Origin: Bythopirellula sp.
GTDB lineage: Bacteria > Planctomycetota > Planctomycetia > Pirellulales > Lacipirellulaceae
Direction of reading: 5' to 3'
Length of the DNA: 64,000 nt
Assembly: GCA_965216565.1 (NCBI GenBank)
Contig: OZ244170.1
Location: 4,736,001-4,800,000, forward strand
Position numbers and translations under genes: made by a program. The notes beneath the pieces were generated by a model. The model searched no databases, was not told where the DNA came from, and saw only the letters and a list, made by a program, of their open reading frames with translations. Numbering within the stretch: the first letter of the stretch is position 1; every line of letters begins with the position of its first letter. Of the stretch, positions 60,976 to 64,000 are shown piece after piece.

Positions 60976-62374
60976 GGGGCTCGGCTCCTCGTTGGCTGGC
61001 GCCGTCGATGCGATAGGTGGCTGTGGTAAGTGGGTGAATCCCCAGGGTGCCGGTCCAAGTTTCGTAGGGGCGTCCGCTGCGTTCGTCGTCCTTGAAGAAC
61101 GCCAGGTAACTCATGGTATCCGCGGAGATGAACTCATGCTCACGCGGCGCGAAGCGTGTTTGTTCGTAAACTCTCCTCCATGTGCCGGCATTGAAGTAGG
61201 CCTGGTGCAACACGAACCCGTCGGCATGGCTGGCATCCAGCGGAACGACTTCCGCACGGTGCGTGTGTCCATAAACGATATGCCGAGCCCGCCGATTGCG
61301 GAAGTCCTGTTCGGTTAAGGCATGTTCAAAAAACGAGCCGGTCTTGGCCCCCCGTAGTTCCGCCATCCACATCGCAATCCAGCTGGCCCAACCTACGGAG
61401 AGCCGGCGACTGAATTTCAACGCCTTTTGCAGTCCGTCGACAATATCTACCGGGCACCAGGTATCGCGCCGCCGCACAAAGGGGTGGTCGAGAAACTCAT
61501 CGGCCAGTTCGTCCCAGATGCGTTTCACTTCTTTGCGAAGTGAGGGATGCGGGCAACTTCGTTCCAACAGGCCGTCAATCCAAACGGGAATCAACAGCAG
61601 CGGACGGATGTTGTCGATCTCTCGCAGGCCACGTAGGGCAGAGGCCGGTAGCTCGTCGGCGAGTTGTTCGCTCACTTGCCGCCCGAACCGATTCAGCAGT
61701 TCCACGACGATCACATCGCCCAAGCTACTGGCGTCTCGATCGCCCTCGTAATTGAAGGGGTCGTAGACATCGCCGTGACGCGCGAACACTTTGTGCTTCC
61801 GCATCACCTGCACTAGCTCATTGCTTTCCCAAGCCTCGTGTGGGAAAGGTGCGTCGGCGTACGTCGTGAGACCCATGTGGGCCACAAGTTGCCGGCGCAG
61901 GCGGTTGTAATTTTCTCCTGGCAGATGAAAGAACCAGTCGTGATTCCCTACCATATAGTGAATTTTTACCGGCACAGGTTCCAGTTGCCCTGCGGCAGCT
62001 TTGCCTTCGCGCGTCGCCGGCGGCAACGCGATTCCTTGGTTCGCCAATTGGCGGAAGTGCGAGAAGGAGGGCTCATTCACGCGGAGAATATCGCCAGTGA
62101 TCTGCGATACGGTTTCGAAGAGTGCGGCATTCTTGGTGTCGTCCCAGGGGCGTTTCTGACCCCCTAGCCATTGGGTGGAACGAACCACATCAATCACATC
62201 ACCAAGCAACACCAGGTCGACGCGATCCACAGGTCGGTAGGAACCGTCCCGCCTCTTGGAAGCGCTGCGGGCCAAATCGGCGAGCCGTTCTCGCAATAGT
62301 TCGAAGGCACCTGGAGAGATGGTCGAACCACTCGTCCCGTCGGTGAGATGTAAGTCGCTAATGATTACCAGCAT
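60869..62374 (-). CDS. Calcineurin-like metallophosphoesterase
   Basis: ISDLH, LLGDVID, GNHD, HGD, GHTH, NAGTW. Confidence 0.87.
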   Translation of the reverse strand: MLVIISDLHLTDGTSGSTISPGAFELLRERLADLARSASKRRDGSYRPVDRVDLVLLGDVIDVVRSTQWLGGQKRPWDDTKNAALFETVSQITGDILRVNEPSFSHFRQLANQGIALPPATREGKAAAGQLEPVPVKIHYMVGNHDWFFHLPGENYNRLRRQLVAHMGLTTYADAPFPHEAWESNELVQVMRKHKVFARHGDVYDPFNYEGDRDASSLGDVIVVELLNRFGRQVSEQLADELPASALRGLREIDNIRPLLLIPVWIDGLLERSCPHPSLRKEVKRIWDELADEFLDHPFVRRRDTWCPVDIVDGLQKALKFSRRLSVGWASWIAMWMAELRGAKTGSFFEHALTEQDFRNRRARHIVYGHTHRAEVVPLDASHADGFVLHQAYFNAGTWRRVYEQTRFAPREHEFISADTMSYLAFFKDDERSGRPYETWTGTLGIHPLTTATYRIDGASQRGAEPHAHGQPISTPGVPARAPHFAVPIAPGSISHNPIVG

Positions 62375-62526
62375 GGCTCTGGCTCTTGTGTGAGAATAAA
62401 ACCTTTCTGCGCACTAGTGCCCCTCCGGGAGCGCGTGGCATCTTCTACGACTGTGATCGGATAGACATCAGGTAAAGGTTGAGGATTATTCGGATTGCAA
62501 CGGAATCGCCGCTTAGCCGGCGCATG

Positions 62527-62564
62527 AAAAACCACCTGCTAGCTCTGGGGGAACTAGCAGGTGG
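62527..62564 (-). terminator. Rho-independent terminator
   Basis: Minus strand CCACCTGCTAG..CTAGCAGGTGG followed by T5, downstream of the 62630 gene. Confidence 0.75.
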
Positions 62565-62629
62565 CTAGGCTTGTCCGTGTCCCGCACACACTCACACGGA
62601 CGGCTTATTGGGTAAGGAAATTCAGGTGC

Positions 62630-62869
62630 TTACCAAACGTAGACACCAGTTCCGTAGTACACAGGGGCCGGAGCGGCGTAGACCACTGGGGTACGATACA
62701 CAGGGCCTGCTACTACGCGTCGTGCAACGGGGTATGGAGGCAAGACGGTTCGAGCGACAGCCCGACGAACAGGTGCTCGGCGGCGAATCACCCAGGCGTC
62801 GGCGTCTTGAGCCGCGGTGAAACTGAACATTCCGATAACTGCCAGCGAGAGTAGTACTTTCTTAAACAT
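62630..62869 (-). CDS. Small secreted Arg/Val/Pro/Tyr-rich protein
   Basis: AGGAG RBS; MFKK signal peptide ending ADA; mature part ends GVYVW. Confidence 0.75.
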   Translation of the reverse strand: MFKKVLLSLAVIGMFSFTAAQDADAWVIRRRAPVRRAVARTVLPPYPVARRVVAGPVYRTPVVYAAPAPVYYGTGVYVW

Positions 62870-62947
62870 GATGGGTCTCCTTTTCTTGTCCCCCAGCGGC
62901 GATTGGACGTGTGGTTTGTTGATGGGCCGCTTCTGAGTAAGAACTAA

Positions 62948-62963
62948 TGCATTCACCGTGCCA
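62948..62963 (-). promoter_or_regulatory. sigma54 -24/-12 promoter
   Basis: TGGCACG-GTGA-ATGCA, 11 of 12 consensus positions; IHF-like TATCAAACAATTT at 62984-62996. Confidence 0.72.
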
Positions 62964-63209
62964 ATTGATCTAGAATGGACTGTAAATTGTTTGATAATAA
63001 TAAGTTACGGCCATTTTTGCGTCTCTGGCGATTGGGCAATTGGCTCGGAATGACACCATTATGAGCACACTTGATTCCAATAATGAGTCGTCGATTATGC
63101 GGCGCTAAGCAAGGGGTGGGGGGCCAAAGAAAAAGGCTCCCTGCTTTGCATTTTGGGGGGGAGGCATGCAAAACAGGAAGCCAGGGGGCAAATCTTGCTT
63201 GAGATGGCA

Positions 63210-63491
63210 TTAGAAGCCGAAGGACAGCGAGATCCCACTTCCGCCACGATAATAGCGGGAACCACCATAGTAGCCAGGTCCACCGTGGTAGTAGCTAGGG
63301 CCACCGTAGTAGCGAGCACTACGGTAGTAGCTGGGTCCACCGCGATAATAACCGCCACCGCCGTAGTAGGCTCCATAGCCGCCGCCATAGCCACCGCCGC
63401 GATAACACCGGCCCGCCTGGGCTTCTGAGCCATTGCTGACGATGAATGACGCACCAACAACTGCCAGAACGAGTAACATCTTTCGCATCAT
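63210..63491 (-). CDS. Small secreted Gly/Tyr-rich protein
   Basis: AGGAG RBS; signal peptide ending AQA; seven YY dyads; ends ISLSFGF. Confidence 0.82.
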   Translation of the reverse strand: MMRKMLLVLAVVGASFIVSNGSEAQAGRCYRGGGYGGGYGAYYGGGGYYRGGPSYYRSARYYGGPSYYHGGPGYYGGSRYYRGGSGISLSFGF

Positions 63492-63590
63492 ATCTGTCTC
63501 CTTGGAGCCAATCGGGCTCCGCTTACTTTGGGGAGGGGAATCTACGGCCAGCTGCTGTCAATTCCCTGCTCGCTAGCCAGGGGACTTAAT

Positions 63591-63606
63591 TGCACGACCC
63601 GTGCCA
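63591..63606 (-). promoter_or_regulatory. sigma54 -24/-12 promoter
   Basis: TGGCACG-GGTC-GTGCA, 11 of 12 positions; IHF consensus match TATCAGTGTCTTA at 63626-63638. Confidence 0.75.
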
Positions 63607-63875
63607 GTCTTGTCAGAAAATCTCGTAAGACACTGATACATAGGTCTTTAGGACGAATCTGATGCCAAGCTAGCCTTGATCGGGAATATGAATAATGCCC
63701 TCGCCGTGACGACAAGTGTGGTCAATTGGGCCACGCTTCGAGAGGTGTAAACTATTGCCTGAAAAGGGTTTAAGCTTTTCTGGTTGTCGTCGTGCTATTG
63801 GATACTGAAGAGCTAACGGTGGGTGAAAGCGGTTGGAATAGGGCGAGATCAAGGAATACCAATGCCGCCAACTTT

Positions 63876-63891
63876 CGGCACGGGCTTTGCA
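63876..63891 (+). promoter_or_regulatory. Divergent sigma54 -24/-12 promoter
   Basis: CGGCACG-GGCT-TTGCA, 11 of 12 positions; target extends beyond the window. Confidence 0.62.
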
Positions 63892-64000
63892 TTATTTACA
63901 AGCAGAGCCGACAGGCAGTGCAGATTCCATTTGAAGAGGCAAACGACGATGGGGTCGGAACACAGAAGAGGTAGCACTGGGGTCGGACACAAAGAGGCAG

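Noticed and set aside
12251..64000. Prophage or integrative element at ssrA
   Set aside because: No integrase, phage genes or attR duplication seen; housekeeping genes resume within about 1 kb

Overview
Mostly core-genome DNA from a bacterium that looks like a planctomycete. That taxonomy is inferred from the DUF1559 prepilin-like gene, a stand-alone fhcD and Gly/Tyr-rich secreted peptides. The window holds about 48 CDS and tmRNA (ssrA). Recognisable genes include purE/purK, a MacAB-type ABC exporter, gmd/fcl, and a dispersed exosortase/exopolysaccharide-export region (TIGR03790-like, large TPR protein, EpsI-like, two Wza, exosortase, Wzc, MMPL). I see no CRISPR array, integrase, transposase or prophage. 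Best leads: (1) a stand-alone secreted protein built from seven HCGECEKDDDGDEEELLA units whose DNA differs only synonymously, a candidate multi-core metal-binding peptide precursor; (2) two adjacent small secreted Tyr-rich peptide genes, each with its own sigma54 promoter and IHF-like site at near-identical spacing, plus a third divergent sigma54 promoter leading into a repeat cut by the window edge; (3) a Wzc with Cys in place of the Walker A Lys and no cytoplasmic Tyr; (4) a 53-aa ORF missing from the ORF track that is coupled to a nucleotidyltransferase (TA-like); (5) a His-rich lipoprotein coupled to a DUF1559 gene. Family calls come from motif recognition by eye, not database searches. 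Several starts were moved to a more plausible downstream ATG.
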